From an uncultured Dehalococcoidia bacterium (GTDB taxonomy: Bacteria; Chloroflexota; Dehalococcoidia; Lucifugimonadales; UBA3495): 64,000 bases of DNA. The translations under genes and the position numbers were made by a program. This document shows, one piece after another, positions 9,170 through 17,299 of this stretch. The notes under the pieces are model-generated. The model was not told where the DNA came from, did not search any database, and saw only the letters and a list, made by a program, of their open reading frames with translations. Within the stretch, counting starts at the first letter, position 1. Every line of letters starts with the position of its first letter. Location: assembly GCA_958296385.1 (NCBI GenBank), contig OY282494.1, forward strand, positions 415,416 to 479,415. Direction: 5' to 3'.

Positions 9170-10255
9170 ATGCCCAATCAGGAACGACTGGTTAACGATT
9201 TCTGCGACCTGGTGCGAATTGACAGCCCGTCCGGTGAGGAATGGGATGTTGCGACGCACGTTTCCGACCGCCTGGCCAACCTCGGATTCCAGGTAGCCCG
9301 CGACGACCACGGCAACGTCATCGCCAGCGAGGACGGCACCCAACGCCCCCTGGTGCTGTCGGCCCACATGGACACCGTGGACCCGGGCCGCAGCATCCGC
9401 CCCCAAATGGTCGGCGACCGCATCACCTCCGACGGCAACACCATCCTCGGCGGCGACTGCAAAGCCGGCGTTGCCGCCATCCTCGAAGCATTGGAATCCG
9501 TGCGCGATGACCGCCGCCCCCGCCGTCCGGTGCAGGTCGTGTTCACTCGCGGCGAGGAAATCGGTCTGGTCGGCGCCTCCAACCTGGATTTCTCCATGAT
9601 TGCCGGCACCGAAGCCGTCGTCTTTGACGGCAACGGCCCCGTCAACACCATCACCGGCGCCAGCCCCACCTACATGGCCTTTGACATCAACGTGCGCGGC
9701 CGGGGCGCCCACGCCGGCGTTGAGCCGGAGAAGGGCCTGTCCGCCATCAAAATCGCCAGCGACATCATCGCCGAACTACCCCAGGGCCGCATTGACCACG
9801 AAACTACTTTCAACATAGCAACCGTAACCGGCGGCACCGTCCGCAACGCCGTCCCCTCCGAGGCGTCGCTGACCGGCGAGTTTCGCAGCATGAACATGGA
9901 ATCCCTGGAACTGCTGCGGATGCAATTGCTGGCCGCCGTCAGCAGCGTCCGGGGCCGCTATCAGGAAGCCGAAATCACCGAAACCCTGGAAATGATGTTC
10001 CAGATGTACCGCCTCGACCCCAACGAAGCCACCGCCCAGCTGGTGATGCGGGTGATGCGCGACATGAACCTCCAGCCCAACATCCAGCCCTCCGGCGGCG
10101 GCACCGACGGCAACGTGTTCCGCCTCAACGGCATCGAGAGCGTCGTCGTCGGTATGTCCACCAACCTGATGCACACCATCGACGAGTACGTAGTCGTTCC
10201 CGACCTGATGAACACCGCCCGTTTCTGCGAGCAGCTGATGACTTTCGGCGCGTAA
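9170..10255 (+). CDS. M20-family metallopeptidase (peptidase T-like)
   Basis: Motifs VRIDSPSGEE, LSAHMDTVDPG and GGDCKAGVAAILEAL are present. GGAG lies upstream of the ATG. Confidence 0.75.
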   Translation: MPNQERLVNDFCDLVRIDSPSGEEWDVATHVSDRLANLGFQVARDDHGNVIASEDGTQRPLVLSAHMDTVDPGRSIRPQMVGDRITSDGNTILGGDCKAGVAAILEALESVRDDRRPRRPVQVVFTRGEEIGLVGASNLDFSMIAGTEAVVFDGNGPVNTITGASPTYMAFDINVRGRGAHAGVEPEKGLSAIKIASDIIAELPQGRIDHETTFNIATVTGGTVRNAVPSEASLTGEFRSMNMESLELLRMQLLAAVSSVRGRYQEAEITETLEMMFQMYRLDPNEATAQLVMRVMRDMNLQPNIQPSGGGTDGNVFRLNGIESVVVGMSTNLMHTIDEYVVVPDLMNTARFCEQLMTFGA

Positions 10256-10286
10256 AACCCGCAGGTTTATCTGCCCGCAGTTCCGG

Positions 10287-11447
10287 CTACCAGCCGTTAT
10301 CCCGCGCCAGCTCCGCCAGACTGTCGCCAAACTCCGCCAGCTGCCACCGCCGCACTTCCCCCTGCCCGCCGGCCAGCTCTCCGGACAGGCAGGGCGGATG
10401 CAGTGCGATGCGCTCCATGCTGGCGGTCGGCCAAACGTGGTTGACCGCCAGCCCCAGCCCATGCCCGTAGTCGCTGCGCCACGACTTCAGCCGGCTCAGC
10501 CGCCCCCTCCGCTCCGGCGTCCAGTCGGCGATGTTGTCGGGCCGCGCCGGCCGGGGCACTTCCGGGTTCTGCAAGCCCCGGTCGATGGCCTCCACCAGTT
10601 CCCCGTAGCAGCGGTTGGCCAGCAGCCCGCCGATGCCCCGCGGCGCCGCCCCGTCCCCTTGGGCTATCCGCAGCAGGTCGTCGTTGCTCGCCGCAATCGT
10701 CGGCGGCAAGTCCCACACGCAGGCTTTACCGTCCCGAAACGCGTACAGTTCCTGCAACACCGCCGCCTGCCGGGGGTTCAGCGACTCCCAACCCCGGATG
10801 CGCCGGAACGCCGTATCCAGCGGCTCCTGCGGCGGATGCCGCAGCTGCTCCAGGCGTTGGCATTCCTCCTCAACCCACCCCAGCCGGTTTGCCTTGTCCA
10901 GCCGGTACATCAGCTCATCCGCCAGCGGCAGCAGATAAAGCACGTCGCTGGCCGCGTAATCCAGCGCCGGCCCCGGCAGCGGCCGCAGCCCCCAGTGCGA
11001 GGTTTGCAGCCGCTTGTCTTTCGGAATGACAACCCCGGCAAACTCCTCCAGCACCGCCCCCAGGTTAGGCCGGGCCACCCCCAGAAACCGCGCCGCCAGC
11101 CCGGTGTCAAACAGATTGGACACCGCAAACCCGAAGTCGCTGTCAAAAAACCGTATATCCTCGTCGCTGCCGTGAATCACCTTAACGATTGACTCATCGG
11201 CCAGCAGTTCGCCAAACGCCGACAGGTCGTCAATCGCCAGCGGGTCAATCAGAAAAGTCTGCACCCCGTCCGACAGCTGTATCAGGCAGATGCGCTCCCG
11301 GTACGCAAACCGCCCGTTGCGCTCCGTATCCAGCGCCAGCTCCCCAACCTCCCGCAGCCCGGCGGCAACGTCGTCCCATCCGCTTTGCGTGTCTATGTAA
11401 CGATACTTATTCGGCAATGGCAAATCCGGGCGCGGCCCATTCTGCAT
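10287..11447 (-). CDS. rnd: ribonuclease D (3'-5' exonuclease plus HRDC domain)
   Basis: DEDD exonuclease motifs are present (LALDTE, VIHGSDEDIRF, LFDTGLAARFLG), followed by an HRDC-like region. Confidence 0.8.
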   Translation of the reverse strand: MQNGPRPDLPLPNKYRYIDTQSGWDDVAAGLREVGELALDTERNGRFAYRERICLIQLSDGVQTFLIDPLAIDDLSAFGELLADESIVKVIHGSDEDIRFFDSDFGFAVSNLFDTGLAARFLGVARPNLGAVLEEFAGVVIPKDKRLQTSHWGLRPLPGPALDYAASDVLYLLPLADELMYRLDKANRLGWVEEECQRLEQLRHPPQEPLDTAFRRIRGWESLNPRQAAVLQELYAFRDGKACVWDLPPTIAASNDDLLRIAQGDGAAPRGIGGLLANRCYGELVEAIDRGLQNPEVPRPARPDNIADWTPERRGRLSRLKSWRSDYGHGLGLAVNHVWPTASMERIALHPPCLSGELAGGQGEVRRWQLAEFGDSLAELARDNGW

Positions 11448-11541
11448 CAGTTTAGTTCGCCACCCCGCCCGGTTCAGCAGTGTAGCACATCAGGACACGA
11501 TGGCACGGCTAATCCGGCCCACCGGCCCCAAAATCCCACCG

Positions 11542-11550
11542 TGCTATAAT
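11542..11550 (+). promoter_or_regulatory. extended -10 promoter element (TGcTATAAT) for the aldolase gene
   Basis: The sequence is gTGcTATAATc, with TATAAT at 11545-11550. It lies about 35 nt upstream of ATG 11585, and a GGAG RBS sits in between. Confidence 0.45.
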
Positions 11551-11584
11551 CACCCCAATTTCCCGTACAGGAGCAGATGACGAC

Positions 11585-12367
11585 ATGAGCGGCGCAGACC
11601 TCAAGGCCATTTTGAATCAGGGCGGCCGGATTTTCGGCACCATGATTAGCGTGAACCGCAACCCCCGCTGGATACCCATTATGGACGGCGTGGGCCTTGA
11701 TTACGTCATTATTGACACCGAGCACAACCCCCGCAGCCGGGGCGAACTCGGCGACTACCTCGCCATGTTTGCCACCACCGGCGTAGTGCCCATCGTCCGC
11801 ATCCCCATCCCCGACGCCCACTACGTCACCATGACCATTGACGCCGGCGCGCAAGGCATCTTGGCCCCTTACTGCGAAACCGTTGACCAGGTGCGCGAAG
11901 TCGTCAAGGCCGCCAAGTTCCGCCCCCTCAAAGGCGCCGCCGCCGAAACCGCCCTGCAAACCGGCGCATTCCCCAGCGACGCCAGCCGCGATTACCTGGA
12001 AGCCCGCAACAAAGACAACATCTGCATCATCGGCATCGAAAGCCAGGCCGCCGTTGACAACCTCGACGCCATCCTGGATGTCCCCGGCATTGACGCCATT
12101 TTCGTCGGCCCCAACGACATGAGCATCTCCCTGGGCGTTCCCGACGCCTACGGCACGGAGATTTACCAGAGCACCGTCAAAGGCATCATTGATAAGTGCG
12201 AAGCCCGCAGCATCCCCACCCTGGTGCATCACCAGACGCCGGAGCTGTCCGAGTACTGGATTGAGCAGGGCGCCCGTTTCGTGCTGCACGGCACCGACCG
12301 CCGCGCCATGGCCGAGGGCTTTCGCACCGAGTTCACCCGCTTGCGCGATAAGGCCGGCAGCCTGTAA
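11585..12367 (+). CDS. HpcH/HpaI-family aldolase
   Basis: The segment DYVIIDTEHNPRSRGE...PIVRIPIPDAHYVTMTIDAGAQGILAPYCETVDQ matches the layout of 2,4-dihydroxyhept-2-enedioate aldolase-like enzymes. Confidence 0.75.
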   Translation: MSGADLKAILNQGGRIFGTMISVNRNPRWIPIMDGVGLDYVIIDTEHNPRSRGELGDYLAMFATTGVVPIVRIPIPDAHYVTMTIDAGAQGILAPYCETVDQVREVVKAAKFRPLKGAAAETALQTGAFPSDASRDYLEARNKDNICIIGIESQAAVDNLDAILDVPGIDAIFVGPNDMSISLGVPDAYGTEIYQSTVKGIIDKCEARSIPTLVHHQTPELSEYWIEQGARFVLHGTDRRAMAEGFRTEFTRLRDKAGSL

Positions 12368-12395
12368 CCCGCCGGCGCTTGCGCCAAATCATCGT

Positions 12396-12680
12396 TCAGT
12401 TGCGCGAACCGCCTTCCCAGCGTTCGCGCAGCGACGCGATGTACACCCGCTCGTAATCGCCATGATGGGCGTTGGCCGGGTCGTCCGCCAGCCGCTCCGC
12501 CCACATATACTCCACGTCCCCCCAGACGATGGGAAACTTGGGGCGGTCAAAAAATGCCGCCACTGCGTCAAACGGCGTTGCCTCCTCAACGTAGCCCAGC
12601 ATCTGAAAGTTGTCGTACAGGTTCCCCTGCTCCGACACAAAGCGCCCTTTCATCGCCGCCATCACCAGAAAGTTGGGCAT
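12396..12680 (-). CDS. hypothetical protein (94 aa)
   Basis: ORF only. No motif was recognised. The composition is consistent with neighbouring genes. Confidence 0.4.
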   Translation of the reverse strand: MPNFLVMAAMKGRFVSEQGNLYDNFQMLGYVEEATPFDAVAAFFDRPKFPIVWGDVEYMWAERLADDPANAHHGDYERVYIASLRERWEGGSRN

Positions 12681-12710
12681 GATGCTGAACTCGCCCCGCC
12701 GGAACGCCCG

Positions 12711-13865
12711 CTACTTCGTCAAAATATGCACGGTAGTAACGTCCCCGGCGCCGGAGCATTGCGCCACGCCCACCCGGGGATTGTCCACCTGTCGCGCGCC
12801 GGCCTCGCCCCGCAGCTGCGTAACCGTTTCGTGCACCATCCGGATGCCGCTGGCCCCAAAAGGATGCCCCATCGCCAGCAGCCCCCCGTCGGTGTTCACC
12901 GGAATATCCCCCGTAAGCGACGTGCGCCCCTCCATCGTAGCCTGCCACGCCTCCCCATACGGCAGCAGATGCAACGCCTCCACCTGCTGCAACTCGCCAA
13001 TCGTCGCCGCATCGTGCACTTGCACGATGTCCACGTCCTCCGGCCCGATGCCCGCCATCTCGTAAGCTTGCAACCCCGCCGGTTCGGTGCGGTACGGGCT
13101 GAACGCCGAATGGTCGCTCCCCCGCCCGTTGTAGGAACCCGACGTTAGCGACGCCGCCGCAATCCGTATCGCCCGGCTGCGGTCAACGCCAAAGCTGTCC
13201 AGCGCGTCAGCGGCGCACAGCACGGCGGCGGCGGCCCCTTCGCTGGTCGGGCAGCACTGGTAAAGCGTCAGCGGGTCGGCAATCAGCCGCGAGTTCAGCA
13301 CGTCCTCCACCGAGTAGGTTTCCTTGCGATGCGCGTAGGGATTGAGCGCCGCGTTCTGCCGGGCCTTTACCGTCACTTGCGCCAGCGCCGACGCCGGCGC
13401 CCCGGTTTCCGACATATACCGCGTCATCCGCAAGGCGTACCCCGCCATCATATGGTCGCCGCCGATGTACCGGGCCGGGCTGTTCTCCGCCGTAACGGTA
13501 ACCGGCCCGCCGGGCACTTTCTCGGCCCCAAAAGCCAGCGCCGCGTCAAACACCCCGGACGTTATCCCCCAATACGCTTGCCAGAACGCCGTCGAACCAC
13601 TGGAGCAGGCATTCTCCACGTTGATAATTGGCACCCCGGTCAGCCCCAGCTGCGCCAGCGTAGTCTCCCCCACCGACATACCGTGATAGTACACGTGCCC
13701 GAAATAGGCGATGGGTATCGCGCTCCACGGTATCCCCGAATCCCGCAAAGCCTCCACCACGGCGTCACGGGCCAAATCCGACAGGCTTTGCTCCGGAAAC
13801 CGCCCAAAAGGATGCAGCCCCACGCCCACTACCATCACCTCCCGCCCCGCACGGAATTGCGTCAT
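12711..13865 (-). CDS. thiolase-family protein (SCP-x/lipid-transfer type acetyl-CoA acetyltransferase)
   Basis: It has NVENACSSGSTAF with the active-site Cys and C-terminal GHPFGASG and CSGAG motifs. It is paired with a DUF35 gene upstream. Confidence 0.8.
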   Translation of the reverse strand: MTQFRAGREVMVVGVGLHPFGRFPEQSLSDLARDAVVEALRDSGIPWSAIPIAYFGHVYYHGMSVGETTLAQLGLTGVPIINVENACSSGSTAFWQAYWGITSGVFDAALAFGAEKVPGGPVTVTAENSPARYIGGDHMMAGYALRMTRYMSETGAPASALAQVTVKARQNAALNPYAHRKETYSVEDVLNSRLIADPLTLYQCCPTSEGAAAAVLCAADALDSFGVDRSRAIRIAAASLTSGSYNGRGSDHSAFSPYRTEPAGLQAYEMAGIGPEDVDIVQVHDAATIGELQQVEALHLLPYGEAWQATMEGRTSLTGDIPVNTDGGLLAMGHPFGASGIRMVHETVTQLRGEAGARQVDNPRVGVAQCSGAGDVTTVHILTK

Positions 13866-13928
13866 CAGATTTCCTCCTGCATCCCTCTTACGCTCTTACG
13901 CTTGCGCGCGCCCCGGCGCCAACCAATA

Positions 13929-14336
13929 TCACGCCGGCCGCCACTTATAGACGACCCGTTCCGTTTCCGCGCCGCCGTCCATCGCTACGGCCTGGAGCGC
14001 CAGCGACACCGGCATACCAATCGTCAAATCCCCGTGCTCGCAGTCAATAACCTCGGCCAGCACGTGCGGCCCCTCCGGCAATTCCACTTCGCCCAGCACG
14101 TAAGGCACCGCCCCCGGCCAGCCCGCCGGCGGCACCCGCACGATGGTATAGCTGTACAAAACGCCCGCCGCCCCCAGCTCAACCTCCGCCAAATCCGGCG
14201 CAGTGCAAGACTGGCAAAAAGTAGCCGGCCCAAACACCACCACCCCGCATCCGGAGCAGCGCATCCCCAGCAAAACCCCGGCATCCCCACCCTCGCCGGT
14301 CAAACGGAGGCAGCGATCATCAACGGAAACAGGCAT
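13929..14336 (-). CDS. Zn-ribbon/OB-fold protein (DUF35 family, thiolase partner)
   Basis: A CSGCG...CQSC zinc ribbon is followed by an OB-like region (YSYTIVRV...VLGEVELPEGPHVLAEV). The start was trimmed to ATG 14336. Confidence 0.7.
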   Translation of the reverse strand: MPVSVDDRCLRLTGEGGDAGVLLGMRCSGCGVVVFGPATFCQSCTAPDLAEVELGAAGVLYSYTIVRVPPAGWPGAVPYVLGEVELPEGPHVLAEVIDCEHGDLTIGMPVSLALQAVAMDGGAETERVVYKWRPA

Positions 14337-14430
14337 AAACGACTCACCGGCGCAAAATTTGAAGGCCAGCCGGCACAACTGCCAAAAGTGTAAATCCCCG
14401 CCTTTGGGGTGTCAATTGACGCCCGCACCC

Positions 14431-14560
14431 CTAATGTCATCCGCACTCCCCCCAATGTCATTCTGAGCGTAGCGAAGAATCTCGATGGCGTAGCAGCGGC
14501 GTTGCCCCCAAAGTGTGCGCTGCCTCATCGAGATTCTTCGCTGCGCTCAGAATGACAGTA
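14431..14560. repeat. palindromic intergenic repeat, copy A
   Basis: AATGTCATTCTGAGCGTAGCGAAGAATCTCGA (from 14454) pairs with TCGAGATTCTTCGCTGCGCTCAGAATGACA (to 14557). It is preceded by the half-site CTAATGTCATCCGC. The same unit occurs at 19051 and 20650. Confidence 0.9.
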
Positions 14561-14695
14561 GGGCGGCCCCAAATAGACCGGGCCCAAAATAGCAGCTCTC
14601 TCTTGACCGTTCTCCGAATTGCGTGTTAGCGTGAGCGTACCGTCACGCCTCAAACCCCCGCCTCAACCCCCGTTGCATCGAATAGAGTTGTTGGT

Positions 14696-16333
14696 ATGGT
14701 CAATGTTCTCGGTTTAGACGCCCAACCCGGCCGCCGGTCGTGGGAGAAGTCCCTTGGCGAGTTCCTGCAAATCGTCACCGCCGCCAACCCGGATCGGGTA
14801 TTCGTAGAGATTGCCGGCCAGCAGGTCACTTACGGCCAGTTCATGTCCCGCTGTCGTGCGGCGGCAACGCTGTTCCAACGGTTAGGCATTGGCCACGGCG
14901 ACCGGGTCTGCATCTTTCTGCCCAACGTGCCCGAAGTCCTCTACACCTGGTTTGGCTTGTCGCTGATTGGCGCCATCACCGTCACCATCAACACCGCCTA
15001 CCGCCGCGACGAGATGGCGTTCATCCTGAACAACGCTGATGCCACGGCCCTGGTCGCCCACGAAACCCTGCTCGACGTAGCCACCCCCGCCGCCGACGTC
15101 GCCCCCTGCGTCCAGCACCGCCTCATCGTCGGCGATAGCTCCACTGCCGATGCCGCCGGCTGGCAATCCTACGCCGCCCTCCTCGCCGACGCACCCCCCC
15201 TTGCCGAGCTGCCCCCGGTGTCCCCCACCGACGTCGCCATGCTGCAATACACTTCCGGCACCACCGGCAACCCCAAGGGCGTAATGGTCACCCATCAGAT
15301 GTACGTTTCGGCCGGCCAGGGTTTCGCCCGCTGGACTGAGGCCACTGCCGACGACCGTTTCTTTACCTGCCTCCCCTACTTTCACGCCAACGCCCAGTAT
15401 TACAGCACCATGGGCACCCTGGCGGCCGGCGCAACGCTGGTGGTTCAAGACCGTTTCAGCGCCTCCCGTTTCTGGCAGCAGGTGCGGGACGCCCGCGCTA
15501 CCGTAGTCAATTTCATCGGCATGATGATGCCCGTCCTCGCCAAGAACGATCCGTCCCCCGACGACGCCGCTAACCCGGTGCGCCTGTTCTACGGTTCCCC
15601 GGCCTTTGCGCCGGAGTTCCTGGCCGACTTTGAGCAGCGGTTCGGCACCGATATTATCGTCGGCTTTGGCATGACCGAAACCTGCTACGGCACCATTGAG
15701 GACATCAAGGGCGAGCGCCGCCCCAACTCGTCGGGCCGCCCCCGCCAGCATCCCGACCCGGCCTTTGCCAACACCGTCCGCATCGTTGACGACGCCGGAC
15801 AGCCCGTCCCAAACGGCCAGCCCGGCGAAATCACCATCCTTAACCCCGCTACCATGCCCGGCTACTGGCGCAACCCGGAGCAGACCGCATTGTCCCTCCG
15901 CGACGGCTGGCTTTTCACCGGCGATTTGGGCTGGCTTGACGACGACGATTACCTCTATTTCGTCGACCGCAAAAAGGACGTCATCCGGCGCCGGGGCGAG
16001 AACATCTCATCCCAGGAAGTCGAGGACGTCATCAAGCGTCACCCGCGCGTTCTCGACTGCGCCATCATCGCCGTCCCCTCCGAGCTTGGCGAGGATGAGA
16101 TGAAAGCCTACGTCACCCCCCGCCCCGGCGAATCGGTGCAGCCCGCGGAAGTAGTGCATTGGTGCGCCGACCACCTGGCCTATTTCAAGGTTCCCCGCTA
16201 CATTGAGGTGCGGGATGAGCTGCCCCGCACCCCCAGCCTGCGCGTCCGCAAAGACGTGCTGCGCCAGGAACGCGCTGACCTCATTGCCGGCTGCTTTGAC
16301 CGGGAGGCCGCCGGCATCCCAATCCGCCGCTAA
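14696..16333 (+). CDS. AMP-dependent acyl-CoA synthetase/ligase
   Basis: It has the YTSGTTGNPKG AMP-binding motif, GFGMTE, and a C-terminal domain with YFVDRKKDVIRRRGENISSQEVE. Confidence 0.85.
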   Translation: MVNVLGLDAQPGRRSWEKSLGEFLQIVTAANPDRVFVEIAGQQVTYGQFMSRCRAAATLFQRLGIGHGDRVCIFLPNVPEVLYTWFGLSLIGAITVTINTAYRRDEMAFILNNADATALVAHETLLDVATPAADVAPCVQHRLIVGDSSTADAAGWQSYAALLADAPPLAELPPVSPTDVAMLQYTSGTTGNPKGVMVTHQMYVSAGQGFARWTEATADDRFFTCLPYFHANAQYYSTMGTLAAGATLVVQDRFSASRFWQQVRDARATVVNFIGMMMPVLAKNDPSPDDAANPVRLFYGSPAFAPEFLADFEQRFGTDIIVGFGMTETCYGTIEDIKGERRPNSSGRPRQHPDPAFANTVRIVDDAGQPVPNGQPGEITILNPATMPGYWRNPEQTALSLRDGWLFTGDLGWLDDDDYLYFVDRKKDVIRRRGENISSQEVEDVIKRHPRVLDCAIIAVPSELGEDEMKAYVTPRPGESVQPAEVVHWCADHLAYFKVPRYIEVRDELPRTPSLRVRKDVLRQERADLIAGCFDREAAGIPIRR

Positions 16334-16363
16334 CACCGCGCCGCCGCTCTGAGGAACACTGCC

Positions 16364-17266
16364 ATGAATAAGATTGAAGCCATATTCCGCCGGGAGCGTT
16401 TGGACAGCGTTAAAGACGGCCTGAGCGCCGCCGGCATTATGGGCCTGACCGTAACCCCGGTCAGCGGGCGCGGCGCCCAGGGCGGCGTCCAGGTAACCAC
16501 CGCCCGCGGCCTCAGCACCCACCACATCGATATGCTGCCCCGAACCAAGCTGGAAGTCGTCGTTGACGACGCCGATACCGACCGCACCATCGACGTCATC
16601 CGCGCCAACGCCATCACCGACCATCCCGGCGACGGCAAGATTTTCATTTACCCGGTAAGCGACGCCATCCGCATCAGCACCGGCGAACGCGGCCCCGGCG
16701 TCCTCGGCGCCCGCACCAGCCCGGAACCCGAATCCCCGCAGCCCGAATCCCCGCAGCCCGAATCCGGCCCGGCAGACGGAGCAGTAATATCCGAACCCTG
16801 CTACTGGCTTTTCAAGTCCGAGCCGTCGTCCTACTCTTACGACGACCTGCTATCCGAGGAAGCCCGCACCGCCGAATGGGATGGCGTGCGCAACTACCAG
16901 GCCCGCAACTTTATGCGCGACGATATGCGCGTTGGCGATTACGTGCTGTTCTACCACAGCAACGCCAAACCCCCCGGCGTAGTTGGCACCGCCCGCATCG
17001 TCCGCACCGCCTACCCCGACGATTCCGCCTGGAACCCCGACTCCCGCTACTACGACGCCAAATCCGACTCCGCCAACCCCACCTGGATGATGGTTGACAT
17101 CCAGGCCGAACGCCGCCTCCCCCGCTACGTCAGCCTCAACGAACTCAAAGCCAACCCCGCCCTGGCCGATATGCTGGTAACCAAACGCGGCCAGCGCCTC
17201 TCCATCCAGCCCGTAACCCCCGCCGAATGGGCCGAAGTGCTGGCCATGGCCGAGCGCAGCGCCTGA
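16364..17266 (+). CDS. fusion protein: PII (GlnB-like) signal-transduction domain plus EVE (PUA-like) domain
   Basis: Residues 1-113 align colinearly with GlnB/GlnK (MNKIEAIFRRERLDSVKDGL...GDGKIFIYPVSDAIRISTGERG). A PEPESPQPESPQPE linker follows. The C-terminus has the EVE hallmarks YWLFKSEP and WDGVRNYQARNFMRDDMRVGDYVLFYHS. Confidence 0.75.
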   Translation: MNKIEAIFRRERLDSVKDGLSAAGIMGLTVTPVSGRGAQGGVQVTTARGLSTHHIDMLPRTKLEVVVDDADTDRTIDVIRANAITDHPGDGKIFIYPVSDAIRISTGERGPGVLGARTSPEPESPQPESPQPESGPADGAVISEPCYWLFKSEPSSYSYDDLLSEEARTAEWDGVRNYQARNFMRDDMRVGDYVLFYHSNAKPPGVVGTARIVRTAYPDDSAWNPDSRYYDAKSDSANPTWMMVDIQAERRLPRYVSLNELKANPALADMLVTKRGQRLSIQPVTPAEWAEVLAMAERSA

Positions 17267-17299
17267 CGGCCGGCCAATCCCGCCGGCCGCCAGCGCCCC

